The notes under the pieces were generated by a model. That model did not search any database. It was not told the origin of the DNA and saw only the letters and a program-made list of their open reading frames with translations. This document shows, one piece after another, positions 9,985 through 18,253 of a stretch of DNA of 62,521 nt. Where the stretch lies: NCBI GenBank assembly GCA_003599795.1, contig QZJQ01000003.1:1-62521 (forward strand), in the 5' to 3' direction. Origin of the DNA: Nitrospiraceae bacterium. Lineage in GTDB: Bacteria; Nitrospirota; Thermodesulfovibrionia; Thermodesulfovibrionales; UBA1546. Position 1 is the first letter of the stretch. Every line of letters starts with the position of its first letter. Made by a program: the position numbers and the translations under genes.

Positions 9985-10383
9985 TCAGCCTATCCCGCTT
10001 CTGAAATCCTTCACATCCTTAAGCACTTTTTTAAGTTTTACGCCCAGCTGTTCTGCTATAGCCTGCCACCCCTTTCCTGATTTCCTCATTGTTACAATGT
10101 CCTTATAAGGTTTCTTTGAGAGATTGGATATAACAATTATCGTAACCGCCTCTCCCGGTGAAAACTCCTTAAGCAGGGCCCCGATTGTTTCGGGCTTTTG
10201 AGTTTCAAAAAAATACGCCTTAGTCTTCTTCTCAAACATTTTGAGATTTCTTGACTGGCGTTCATTAATCTTTTTTATCACCTTATCCAGTTCTTCAGGC
10301 TCTGAAAGCCTGCCTGAAAAAGCAGTCATAGGCAATAAAAATGTAAATACGAGAAACAGGGTTAACACTCTTCTTGCAAACAT
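9985..10383 (-). CDS. hypothetical secreted protein
   Basis: 132-aa ORF with signal peptide, start overlaps the RND gene stop; no recognisable motif. Confidence 0.5.
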   Translation of the reverse strand: MFARRVLTLFLVFTFLLPMTAFSGRLSEPEELDKVIKKINERQSRNLKMFEKKTKAYFFETQKPETIGALLKEFSPGEAVTIIVISNLSKKPYKDIVTMRKSGKGWQAIAEQLGVKLKKVLKDVKDFRSGIG

Positions 10384-12728
10384 TATTTCACGCCTCCTTT
10401 AAACAGCCAGCCCTGCAATAAGACAATCAGGGCCGGGATATATATTATTGTCATCACTGCGCTCAGCAGCATCATGCTCACAATGAACGCTCCTACGGTG
10501 ATATAAGGCGTCAGCGGCGCAAAGAGCATAACAGAGAATGCCGACGCAAAAAGAACTGCATTGCGCATTATCCCCTTGCCGGGCCTTGCGGCAGTCCATA
10601 ATAAAGAATCAGTTATGAGTTCAGAGTTTGGAGTTTTAAGTTGTTCTGAACCTTTAACTTTTAACTCTAAACTTTCAACTAATCTTTGTTTAAACCTGCT
10701 TATGAAGTGAATTGCAAAGTCAACCGCCATGCCTAAAGATAACGTGGAAAGGACAGATATCGGCATGTCAAAGTCCTTGCCCATGAATCCGATTACGCCG
10801 TAGATGAGAATAACGGTGAACACAAGAGGGATATATCCCACAAAGGCCCACCTGAACGAATGGAAGTTAAAGCGCAGGATTACAAACACCACGATGAGCG
10901 CGATGGTGAAACCTGTGACCATATCCCACAGGACTTCCTCATTCCATACAAGGTTGAAATATGCCGTGCCCGCCGGTTTCAGGTTCATTGGCATGGGGTT
11001 CGCTTTTTTATATTCATTGACTGCGGCAATAACATCGCGCATTGCCTGAGCGTCCCATGTCTTGAGCTGCAGCCATATATTTGCCTTCGCAGCCTGATAG
11101 TCAATTACATTGTCCAGATCGGCAGGCTTTGCGGACATGCTGAACAAAAAAAGATACTGCCCGATTGCCGCTTTTGAATCCGGGATAGAGTCGTATTTTG
11201 GATCATCGTCATGGAGCACGAGGTTTATCCTCTTGACATAATCCACAACAGATGTGGTTTTCCCTACAACAGAAAGTTTTTCTATATGCCTTTGAAGCCC
11301 GTCTATGTATCGCATGGCTTCCGGTGTTTTTATGAAATTTTCTTCCTGAGCAGTTGCCACAATATAGCCAAGCGATGTGCCACCGAGGGCTTTGTTCATA
11401 ACGCTGTCGGCGACCCTGATGTCGCTCTTCTCCTTAAACCAATCCACCATATTGTTATTCACCACGGTCTTGCTTATGCCGAAGACGGCTATTACAAAAA
11501 GCACAACACCGGCAAAGACAACAGTTTTGGACTTATGCGCGCCGAGATGTGCAAGGCTTTTCAGGAATTGCGATGTCTTGCTTGAAGAAACATCTTCACC
11601 TTCGGAAGCTTTATCTAACTTTTCCTCTTTTACGAACATAAACATCGCAGGGATAAAGCTGAAGCTTAAAACCCTTAACATCACGGTCCCGAACGCAATA
11701 AGCCCGCCAAAGACCTTGACAGGGATAATGTTCATGAATAAAAGCACGGCAAAGCCTGCTGCGGTTGCCAGCGCCGTGTATCGCACAGGACGGCCTACAG
11801 CGTGCATCGTCTCAATTATCGCAGCCTTTTTGTCTCTCTTTTCTTTATAGCGGAAGTAAAACTCATTAAAAATGTGTATGCTGTCCGTAGCTATGGCCAT
11901 CAAAAACACAGGAGCCATGGAGCTCATTATGTGAATAGGGAATCCGAGCGCTATAAGCAGGCCCATGCTCCAGACAATGCTCATCATGGCATCCATCATC
12001 AGCGCAACAGAGAGAAAGAGATCTCTGAACATAAAATATCTGACAACAAGCATGACCATTCCTGCAATCGGGGCGAATATTGCCATGAGTTTGAACATGT
12101 CGGCGCCAAAGGTATCCCTTGCTACAGGGTCGCCTGCTATGTAGTATTTCTCATCGCCTTTTTCTTTCTTTACTGCCTCTCTGATTTTGTCTGCCACTTC
12201 TTTGCCGTTTGCGCCCTTTTCAAGCGGGACATATATGGCAGTGGTCTTCCCGTCTTTAGAGATAATCCGGTTAATAAACAGAGAATTTTCAAACAGCATT
12301 TTTCTTAAATGCTCAACCTCTTTATCTGTTTTAGGAACTTCGGTCATAAGAGGGGCTACCCTCAGCATTCCCTTTTCTGCCGTAACATTTGTGATGGTCG
12401 GAAAGCTGTTTACATCCCTTGCTGCAACGCCCTTGATCTTCAGTATCTCGTCTGTTATTCTCTGGACTTTGCCAAGCGTTTCTTTATTCAGAACACTTTT
12501 TTCGTTCACTATCCCTAAAACTATCATGTCCTCATAGAGCGCAAATGTCTTGTCAACTTCATCATTCCATACCCTTACATCGGATGTATCGGGGAGCATG
12601 TGTTTGGGATTAGTGTCTGTCTTCATCTTCGGAAACTGTGTCATGAAGGCAAGCGTAACGATTATTGAAAGGATCACGACCAGCTTTGGATGATTGACAG
12701 AAAACTCAACAAGTGAAAACTTTCGCAT
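10383..12728 (-). CDS. RND-superfamily exporter (MMPL/HpnN-like)
   Basis: 781-aa ORF with 12-TM, two-large-loop architecture typical of MMPL-type RND pumps. Confidence 0.8.
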   Translation of the reverse strand: MRKFSLVEFSVNHPKLVVILSIIVTLAFMTQFPKMKTDTNPKHMLPDTSDVRVWNDEVDKTFALYEDMIVLGIVNEKSVLNKETLGKVQRITDEILKIKGVAARDVNSFPTITNVTAEKGMLRVAPLMTEVPKTDKEVEHLRKMLFENSLFINRIISKDGKTTAIYVPLEKGANGKEVADKIREAVKKEKGDEKYYIAGDPVARDTFGADMFKLMAIFAPIAGMVMLVVRYFMFRDLFLSVALMMDAMMSIVWSMGLLIALGFPIHIMSSMAPVFLMAIATDSIHIFNEFYFRYKEKRDKKAAIIETMHAVGRPVRYTALATAAGFAVLLFMNIIPVKVFGGLIAFGTVMLRVLSFSFIPAMFMFVKEEKLDKASEGEDVSSSKTSQFLKSLAHLGAHKSKTVVFAGVVLFVIAVFGISKTVVNNNMVDWFKEKSDIRVADSVMNKALGGTSLGYIVATAQEENFIKTPEAMRYIDGLQRHIEKLSVVGKTTSVVDYVKRINLVLHDDDPKYDSIPDSKAAIGQYLFLFSMSAKPADLDNVIDYQAAKANIWLQLKTWDAQAMRDVIAAVNEYKKANPMPMNLKPAGTAYFNLVWNEEVLWDMVTGFTIALIVVFVILRFNFHSFRWAFVGYIPLVFTVILIYGVIGFMGKDFDMPISVLSTLSLGMAVDFAIHFISRFKQRLVESLELKVKGSEQLKTPNSELITDSLLWTAARPGKGIMRNAVLFASAFSVMLFAPLTPYITVGAFIVSMMLLSAVMTIIYIPALIVLLQGWLFKGGVK
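10624..10682. repeat. STRR-like heptamer element inserted in frame in the RND gene
   Basis: GAGTTTG GAGTTTT AAGTTGT - TCTGAACC - TTTAACT TTTAACT CTAAACT TTCAACT; translated as LVESLELKVKGSEQLKTPNSE within the ORF. Confidence 0.8.
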
Positions 12729-12786
12729 AATTCCTCCTCATGTGACTTTCAAATATTCTAAAGTCTGCAATTGCTAAATAAAAAAA

Positions 12787-13116
12787 TTATTTAGCGCCTG
12801 TAAATTTCTTTGCCATCTCCTGCCCCTCTGCAAGCCGTTCAAGCAATACTTCCCTCATGAGACTGCATGCTTTGATCACCTTAGAATTTGACACTCTATA
12901 ATAGATATTACTTCCTTCTCTTCTCGCTGTAAGTATTCCCTTCTGCCTCATAACTGCAAGATGCTGTGATACATTTGCAGCGGATATCCCGAGCGTGCCG
13001 GCAAGCTCCCCGACAGTTAATTCCTTGCTGTTTAGCGCATTAAGGATTTCTATCCTTTTAGCGTTGCCTAATGTCTTACATATCTCGGCATGAATCTCAT
13101 AAAGTTTTTTATTCAT
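12787..13116 (-). CDS. ArsR/SmtB-family transcriptional regulator
   Basis: 109-aa winged-helix protein (LGNAKRIEILNAL, ELAGTLGISAANVSQHL). Confidence 0.9.
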   Translation of the reverse strand: MNKKLYEIHAEICKTLGNAKRIEILNALNSKELTVGELAGTLGISAANVSQHLAVMRQKGILTARREGSNIYYRVSNSKVIKACSLMREVLLERLAEGQEMAKKFTGAK

Positions 13117-13138
13117 AATCTCCTCCGCAACAGGAAAA

Positions 13139-13459
13139 TCAAAATGTCACAACTCTATCGCTCTCCTTTACGATTGCATGCATATCCTTCATCGTAGATA
13201 AAGGGCAGATGTCGCTTGCAGCGGTATTCCTGATCTTAAGGCATGTCCCGCACGCAAATATTTTGCCTCCGCCGGAAACAAAATCCTTCATCTGCTGCGT
13301 AACTAAAAATTTTTCAGTATCAATGGATTCTGCCTCAACACCTTTCCCCGTCAAAAAAACCTTAACTTCATCGCCTTCCTTTATGGCAAAATTGCCGTAT
13401 CTGAATGCATTCCACACGGTCTCCGGATCATTTGAGTAAATAATAATTCCTATTTTCAT
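13139..13459 (-). CDS. DsrE/DsrF-like family protein (small, CGTC motif)
   Basis: 106-aa ORF MKIGIIIYSNDPE...FACGTCLK, typical stand-alone DsrE-family fold. Confidence 0.75.
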   Translation of the reverse strand: MKIGIIIYSNDPETVWNAFRYGNFAIKEGDEVKVFLTGKGVEAESIDTEKFLVTQQMKDFVSGGGKIFACGTCLKIRNTAASDICPLSTMKDMHAIVKESDRVVTF

Positions 13460-13511
13460 ATAGCCTCCTGTCTGTTAGATATACTGCCGTATAAAAAATT
13501 TACATATAACA

Positions 13512-13934
13512 TTAAAAAGTCAGGTTCATATCCGCCTGAACTACGACCTCTTTGTAATACGTTCCCGGATTGGCGAGTTCAACACCCTCGACAAAATCAG
13601 CCTTTGCCATGCCAAAAAGAGGAACATTGAGCGGGCATGCAAGCATTTGAGCGCCCTCTTTATACAGCATGAAGAGCAGTTCCTCGGCTGTGGGCAGTTC
13701 CATCTCTTCCATCCTTTTCATCACCGCATCCCCAGTCTCTTTCGGCTGGTCCGGCAGGCATTTCAGTTCTTTAACCTTGTCCTTATGGATCGCATTCACC
13801 CCGCGCGAACCGAAGAAAAGCGTGACCTTGGAGCCTTCCCTTAGCAGGCTCAATGCCGTCATGAGTGCATTGTAGACCTGGCAGAGCTCGTCGTGAAAAC
13901 ACATGATAGATACATTCTTAGTTATTTTTGCCAT
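13512..13934 (-). CDS. DsrE2/DrsE-like (peroxiredoxin-like) sulfur-carrier family protein
   Basis: 140-aa ORF; family resemblance (VSIMCFHD..., LFFGSRGV, MLACPLN). Confidence 0.65.
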   Translation of the reverse strand: MAKITKNVSIMCFHDELCQVYNALMTALSLLREGSKVTLFFGSRGVNAIHKDKVKELKCLPDQPKETGDAVMKRMEEMELPTAEELLFMLYKEGAQMLACPLNVPLFGMAKADFVEGVELANPGTYYKEVVVQADMNLTF

Positions 13935-13962
13935 CTTGCACCTCCGGTTTATATGCCCGATT

Positions 13963-15150
13963 TTAAGGCAGATTTGTCAAGCCGTGTTTTATCTTCCATA
14001 AGAAATATTTCTCAAATGCGATTTTGCCCCATTTATAAACGATGCCCTCTTTGAGCGCAGACTCCTGCCTTGGCGGAAGCAAGGGCTTTGCCCTCATCAA
14101 TGAAGCAGTATTCCCCATGTCCATAAGGCACAGGACATCCATCTCATAAGACGCCGGCGCAGGGCTTCCTGAAATCTCTGCGGCTATGCTGTAAGCGGCG
14201 GCCTTTGCCATCTTCACTGTCATAAAGCCTGTCTTTGGAACACCTGTCGGGATTACTGTTTGTTCAAGGGGAGCAATTGCAACTGCAACGCCGATTGTAA
14301 AAATATTCCTGTGCTTCTTGTGTCTCATATTGTCGTCAACAGGAATGAATCCCCTCGGATTTCCGAGATGCGCTACAGCAGGAACGCCTTTCATTGCAGG
14401 CGCAAACATTGCAAGTTTATGCGGTATCTTTGAGCCGTCCTTAAGCCTCGCCTCGCCGGGCACAAATTCTTCAACAGCAGTGTTTGTTATAACCTTTATG
14501 TCCCGCTTTGCAAATTCATCCTCCATTATTCTCTTTGAGTTTCTAAGCCCTCCGATGCCAAAATGCCCGATGTAAGGCTCTGAAGTCACAAAAACAATCG
14601 GAGCCTTATTCCTTATTTTTCTTTTGCGAAGTTCCGCGTCTGTCTCAAATGCGTATTCATACGCGGGCCCAAAGCAACTGACACCCTGAACAGCGCCAGT
14701 AATAATTGCGCCCGGATTTTCGAGGAATCTATTCCATGCCTTATTGGCCATTTCCGCTTGGTCAAGTGTAAAAATGCATTCGGTATTTCCTTTGTAAGGA
14801 CCAAGCCCCGGCACTTCTTCAAAGGCAAGATGGGGGCCTGTCGAGATTACAAGGTAGTCATAATGAATTTCATGCGTTCCCGTGATGACCTTAGAGGCAT
14901 CCGCGTCAATGCCTTTTGCTTCTCCGTGAATAAATGTTATGCCTTTTCTTTCAAGCATCGGCTTCAGCGGAGCAGTTATATCTTCTGCTTTTCTCCAGCC
15001 CATTGCAAGCCATGGAAGCGACGGTATAAATACAAACTTATCCATATCACTCAGGAGCGTTATGTCTGCTGTTTTGCCAAGAAGCCGTTTAAGTTCAAAA
15101 GCTGCTGTGAGGCCTCCGAATGAACCGCCCAGAACAACTATTTTTGACAT
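13963..15150 (-). CDS. sqr: sulfide:quinone oxidoreductase-type FAD-dependent pyridine nucleotide-disulfide oxidoreductase
   Basis: 395-aa ORF; N-terminal Rossmann IVVLGGSFGG; length and context (DsrE-family, rhodanese) match SQR-type flavoproteins. Confidence 0.75.
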   Translation of the reverse strand: MSKIVVLGGSFGGLTAAFELKRLLGKTADITLLSDMDKFVFIPSLPWLAMGWRKAEDITAPLKPMLERKGITFIHGEAKGIDADASKVITGTHEIHYDYLVISTGPHLAFEEVPGLGPYKGNTECIFTLDQAEMANKAWNRFLENPGAIITGAVQGVSCFGPAYEYAFETDAELRKRKIRNKAPIVFVTSEPYIGHFGIGGLRNSKRIMEDEFAKRDIKVITNTAVEEFVPGEARLKDGSKIPHKLAMFAPAMKGVPAVAHLGNPRGFIPVDDNMRHKKHRNIFTIGVAVAIAPLEQTVIPTGVPKTGFMTVKMAKAAAYSIAAEISGSPAPASYEMDVLCLMDMGNTASLMRAKPLLPPRQESALKEGIVYKWGKIAFEKYFLWKIKHGLTNLP

Positions 15151-15164
15151 GTTACCCTCCCCCT

Positions 15165-15446
15165 TTAAAACATTCCTGCTACTTTATCGTTATCAGCCAT
15201 AAGGTCCACAAGGCTGTCATAGCCTGTTTCCCTTATGCCCTTTCTTATCTCGGCGTCTTTGATTCCTCTTAATTTCAAGTCCTCTTTAAGAGCGTATGTA
15301 TTACCGCAAAAACCTTCAAGCCTTTCCCCCTGCGCAAAATAAACACCGTTCTGTATTAAGAAAAGGTCAGCAGCCATATCCTGAGCAAGCTTCACTCCTC
15401 TTTTCCCATCTGCTGTGTCAGGCCCGCTTTTAACTATTACAAGCAT
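15165..15446 (-). CDS. dsrH: DsrH/TusB-like sulfur relay protein
   Basis: 93-aa ORF MLVIVKSGP...LIQNGVYFA; last gene of an E-F-H triplet. Confidence 0.75.
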   Translation of the reverse strand: MLVIVKSGPDTADGKRGVKLAQDMAADLFLIQNGVYFAQGERLEGFCGNTYALKEDLKLRGIKDAEIRKGIRETGYDSLVDLMADNDKVAGMF

Positions 15447-15465
15447 ATTAACCTCCCGTTTTTTA

Positions 15466-15555
15466 GAGCAGTAGTGCAGCAGAGCAACAGAACAGCAGTT
15501 AAATATTTTTCTCCTAACTTCTGCTCTTCTGGGCTACTGCTTTGCCGCTCTGTTC
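15466..15555. repeat. STRR-like repeat element, intergenic between the dsrF-like and dsrH-like genes
   Basis: GCAGTAGT GCAGCAGA GCAACAGA ACAGCAG - AT-rich spacer - CTGCTCTT CTGGGCTA CTGCTTTG CCGCTCTG; the arms are partly complementary. Confidence 0.8.
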
Positions 15556-15909
15556 TTAAAAAATCATCGTTGTTTTTGCTTCTTTGACTGTTTCCGCTAT
15601 CTCTGCGCCGGCAACAATCTTAACGCCGTCAACCACATCTCCTGTCTCCACTTGCAGCTCTGTTAGTGAACCCTTATCCGCATAAACTTCGACTCCCATA
15701 TCAATACAATCCTTCAATGCCCCTTCCAGATTTGTAAACCCGGTTCCTGCATCATCCTGCCCTTTTCTGGCAAGCAGAACGCCGCCGTCAACCAAAAGAA
15801 GACTAACGGCAAGTTCATCTGCCGCACCGCCCATTGCATGTCTTACAGCCTCTGCTGCATTTATATCGCCATACGGCGCTTTCCTGAGTATCATTGCAAT
15901 TTTTGACAT
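15556..15909 (-). CDS. dsrF: DsrF/TusC-like sulfur relay protein
   Basis: 117-aa ORF MSKIAMILRKAPYG...LLLVDGGVLLA. Confidence 0.75.
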   Translation of the reverse strand: MSKIAMILRKAPYGDINAAEAVRHAMGGAADELAVSLLLVDGGVLLARKGQDDAGTGFTNLEGALKDCIDMGVEVYADKGSLTELQVETGDVVDGVKIVAGAEIAETVKEAKTTMIF

Positions 15910-15931
15910 CGCTACCTCCTTTCAAATCAGG

Positions 15932-15985
15932 GCAGCAGCTTCAGAACTACTGCTCTGTTGCTCTATTGCTCTATGCTCTTCATGC
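15932..15985. repeat. STRR-like repeat array at the 3' end of the dsrE-like gene
   Basis: GCAGCAG CTTCAGA ACTACTG CTCTGTT GCTCTAT TGCTCTA TGCTCTT; same unit family as 15466-15555 and 6797-6955. Confidence 0.7.
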
Positions 15986-16336
15986 TCCGATGTTAAGCCA
16001 GACATCGCTATCCCCCATTGTCTTAAAAAGCCCCTTCAGAGAGCCAATCTCTGCGCCCTCCAGATAATCATCTTTCGCTGCACGGCGAAAATTCACGCAG
16101 CCGCCTCAGAGATAAACCTTCAGCCCTTTCTGTATCAGCCTTGAGAATTCCTCTTCTGCGTTTGCTATCCCCTTTGCTTTTTGCCTTTGCAGAAAACAAT
16201 AAACTCCGTCTCCTGAAGCGATGAGATTTACAGTATGCCCTTTTGTTAATGCAGACTCCGCAATCCGCACTGCAGTTACAGTGTTTTCATACGAATAAGG
16301 TGACGTTGATAAAAGCAGCGTAAATATTTTTCCCAT
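15980..16336 (-). CDS. dsrE: DsrE/TusD-like sulfur relay protein with in-frame TGA (candidate selenocysteine) at the active-site position
   Basis: Start ATG at 16336 with RBS GAAGGAGG. The track ORF stops at TGA 16106-16108, but the frame stays open for 41 more codons: ...LKVYL-U-GGCVNFRRAAKDDYLEGAEIGSLKGLFKTMGDSDVWLNIGA. U sits where DsrE/TusD has its persulfide Cys. An 8-bp hairpin (16077-16101) starts 4 nt after the TGA. Confidence 0.7.
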
Positions 16337-16348
16337 ATACCCTCCTTC

Positions 16349-16384
16349 ATATTCAAATATAATGATATTTGAATATATTGTCAA
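16349..16384 (-). promoter_or_regulatory. sigma-70-type promoter overlapped by a perfect 12-4-12 inverted repeat (candidate ArsR-family operator) upstream of the dsrE-like operon
   Basis: Minus strand: TTGACA (16379-16384), 17 nt, TATATT (16356-16361). Palindrome ATATTCAAATAT-AATG-ATATTTGAATAT at 16349-16376. Confidence 0.6.
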
Positions 16385-16407
16385 GAAAAATATTTCCCCT
16401 CTATGGT

Positions 16408-17187
16408 TCAGAAAATATCAACCCAGACTTTTATTGCGGTGCCGGATATTATCAGCGCAAGCAGCCATCTTAAAAACCTGGTGTTTGTTTTTTTGCCTGC
16501 GATTGCGCCTAATCTCGCTGTTGGAATTGCGCCAGCAAGAAGCGCTATAGACATAAAGAAAGGCACCTGCCCTGTTGCGGCCTTGCCTATTAAGCCTGCG
16601 GATGCTGAAAACAGCCCGATGGCAAGCGTGCTTCCAAGGGCAACCCTCAAAGGAATCTTCAGCACGTATAAGAGTATCGGTATTGTTATAAAGGCCCCTC
16701 CCTGTCCCACAAGGCCTATTAAAAAACCGATGAAGATTCCAATGAGGATAGCTGCCGGTTTATTGAAAACAACATTCTCTTCCGTAAGCTCATCGCGCTC
16801 ATAATTCCTTGGCATAAGCATCATTGCCGCAGCAATAAGAGCAAGCGCGGCAAAGATAAAGAGTATCGGCTTGTCAGGGACCAGTTTTGATATAAGGGCG
16901 CCTGAAAGCGAGGATGCAAACAGCGAGGAGCCGAGCGTTAACACAAGCGGTTTATTGACGAGCCTGTTTTCGTGGTAATAGAACATTGCTGAAAGAGATG
17001 CAAAAAAACCCTGCATCATCGTAAGGCCTGTAATGCTTTTAACATCTATCTCTTGAAACCCCAGCAGGGGAGGCGCATAAAACAAGAGCGGAAACATTAT
17101 TATTCCGCCCCCTAATCCAAGGAGGCCTGAAAGAAATCCGACTCAAGCGCCGGCAAGAAAAAGGAAAATAAGGAATGTGAACGGCAT
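16408..17187 (-). CDS. TauE/SafE (DUF81) family anion permease with in-frame TGA near the N-terminus (candidate selenocysteine or readthrough)
   Basis: ATG at 17187 lies 1 nt after the selD stop (TAAAATG). It reads MPFTFLIFLFLAGA-U(17143-17145)-VGFLSGLLGLGGGIIMFPLL, restoring the family-typical first TM and GxxGxGGG motif that the 229-aa track ORF lacks. Hairpin GCCUCC-UUGGAUUA-GGGGGC at 17107-17126. Confidence 0.6.
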
Positions 17188-17188
17188 T

Positions 17189-18235
17189 TTATTTCTCTAC
17201 ATGTATTCTTTTATCGCCGCCAAGAGGTTTATCAATAACATCTCCGATATAAGCTGCTATTATTTTTTCTTTTTGAAGAGCGCTTATCAGCCTGCCTTTT
17301 TTTTCTGCCGGCACGAATATGAGCAGACCGCCTGATGTCTGGGCGTCGTTCATTAAAATCTTCTCCACTTCTTTAACTCCCTTGCCCCAGGTTACGTATG
17401 ATTCGTAATTTTTGACATTGGTCTTTGTCCCTCCCGGAACAATACCGGCATCGGCAAGCCTTATTGCGTCATCAAAATACGGCACGCTACCTGAATAAAT
17501 ACGCGCACTGCACTTGCTTGCAGAAAGGACTTCATGAAGATGCCCTATAAGGCCGAAGCCTGTTATGTCTGTTGCTGTGCTTACGCCGGTTTCAAGCATA
17601 ATCTCGCTGGCCCTTTTATTCAATGCTGTCATTGAGGCCGTGAATTCCTCAATGATAGGACTGCTGCATTTGTCTGCTTTCACGCCTGTGGAAATAATGC
17701 CGGTGCCTATCTTTTTTGTCAGTATAAGCGCATCTCCGGCACGGGCTTTTGAATTATCAAGAATCTTTGCCGGATGTATCACGCCCATAACGGCAAAGCC
17801 GAATTTCGGCTCTTTATCTCTGATGGTGTGGCCTCCTATGATAGAAACCCCGGCCTCGGACATCTTGTCTATGCCGCCCTTCATAATCTGTTTAAGCAAA
17901 GGGAAAAATTCAGGCTGATTCGGGAAGAGGGCGACATTCAAGGCAACAAGCGGCTTTGCTCCCATTGCGTATACATCCGAGAGCGCGTTTGCAGCAGCTA
18001 TAGCGCCGAACCAGTAAGGGTCGTCAACTATCGGCGTAAAGAAATCAGTTGTAAGAACAACCGCGACATCATCCGTAATGCGGTAAACCCCTGCGTCATC
18101 TGAATTGGCATGGCCAACCAGAACATTCGGGTCTGTTATGTCAGGCAGCTGCCCCAGCACGTGGGACAGGTCCGAAGGACTGAACTTTGCAGCTCAACCC
18201 GCGCAGCTTGAAAGGTTTGTCAGTTTGATGTCCAT
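17189..18235 (-). CDS. selD: selenide, water dikinase (selenophosphate synthetase), selenocysteine-containing form
   Basis: The track ORF lacks the N-terminus. Extension from ATG 18235 gives MDIKLTNLSSCAG-U-AAKFSPSDLSHVLGQLP, with TGA at 18194-18196 aligned to the Cys of the SelD GAGCGCK motif. Hairpin CAGUC-CUUCG-GAC(C)UG at 18167-18182 starts 11 nt after the TGA. The rest of the ORF is SelD/AIR-synthase-like. Confidence 0.85.
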
Positions 18236-18253
18236 CCTATCCTCTCCGTAAAG

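Noticed and set aside
15980-18235. Could a global TGA reassignment (code 4 or 25) explain the in-frame TGAs?
   Set aside because: Well-conserved genes in the window (dxs at 23082-23084, moaA at its end) terminate at TGA at the expected protein C-termini. The in-frame TGAs are confined to three neighbouring genes. In selD and the dsrE-like gene they fall at active-site Cys/Sec positions; in the tauE-like gene the position is not a conserved Cys.
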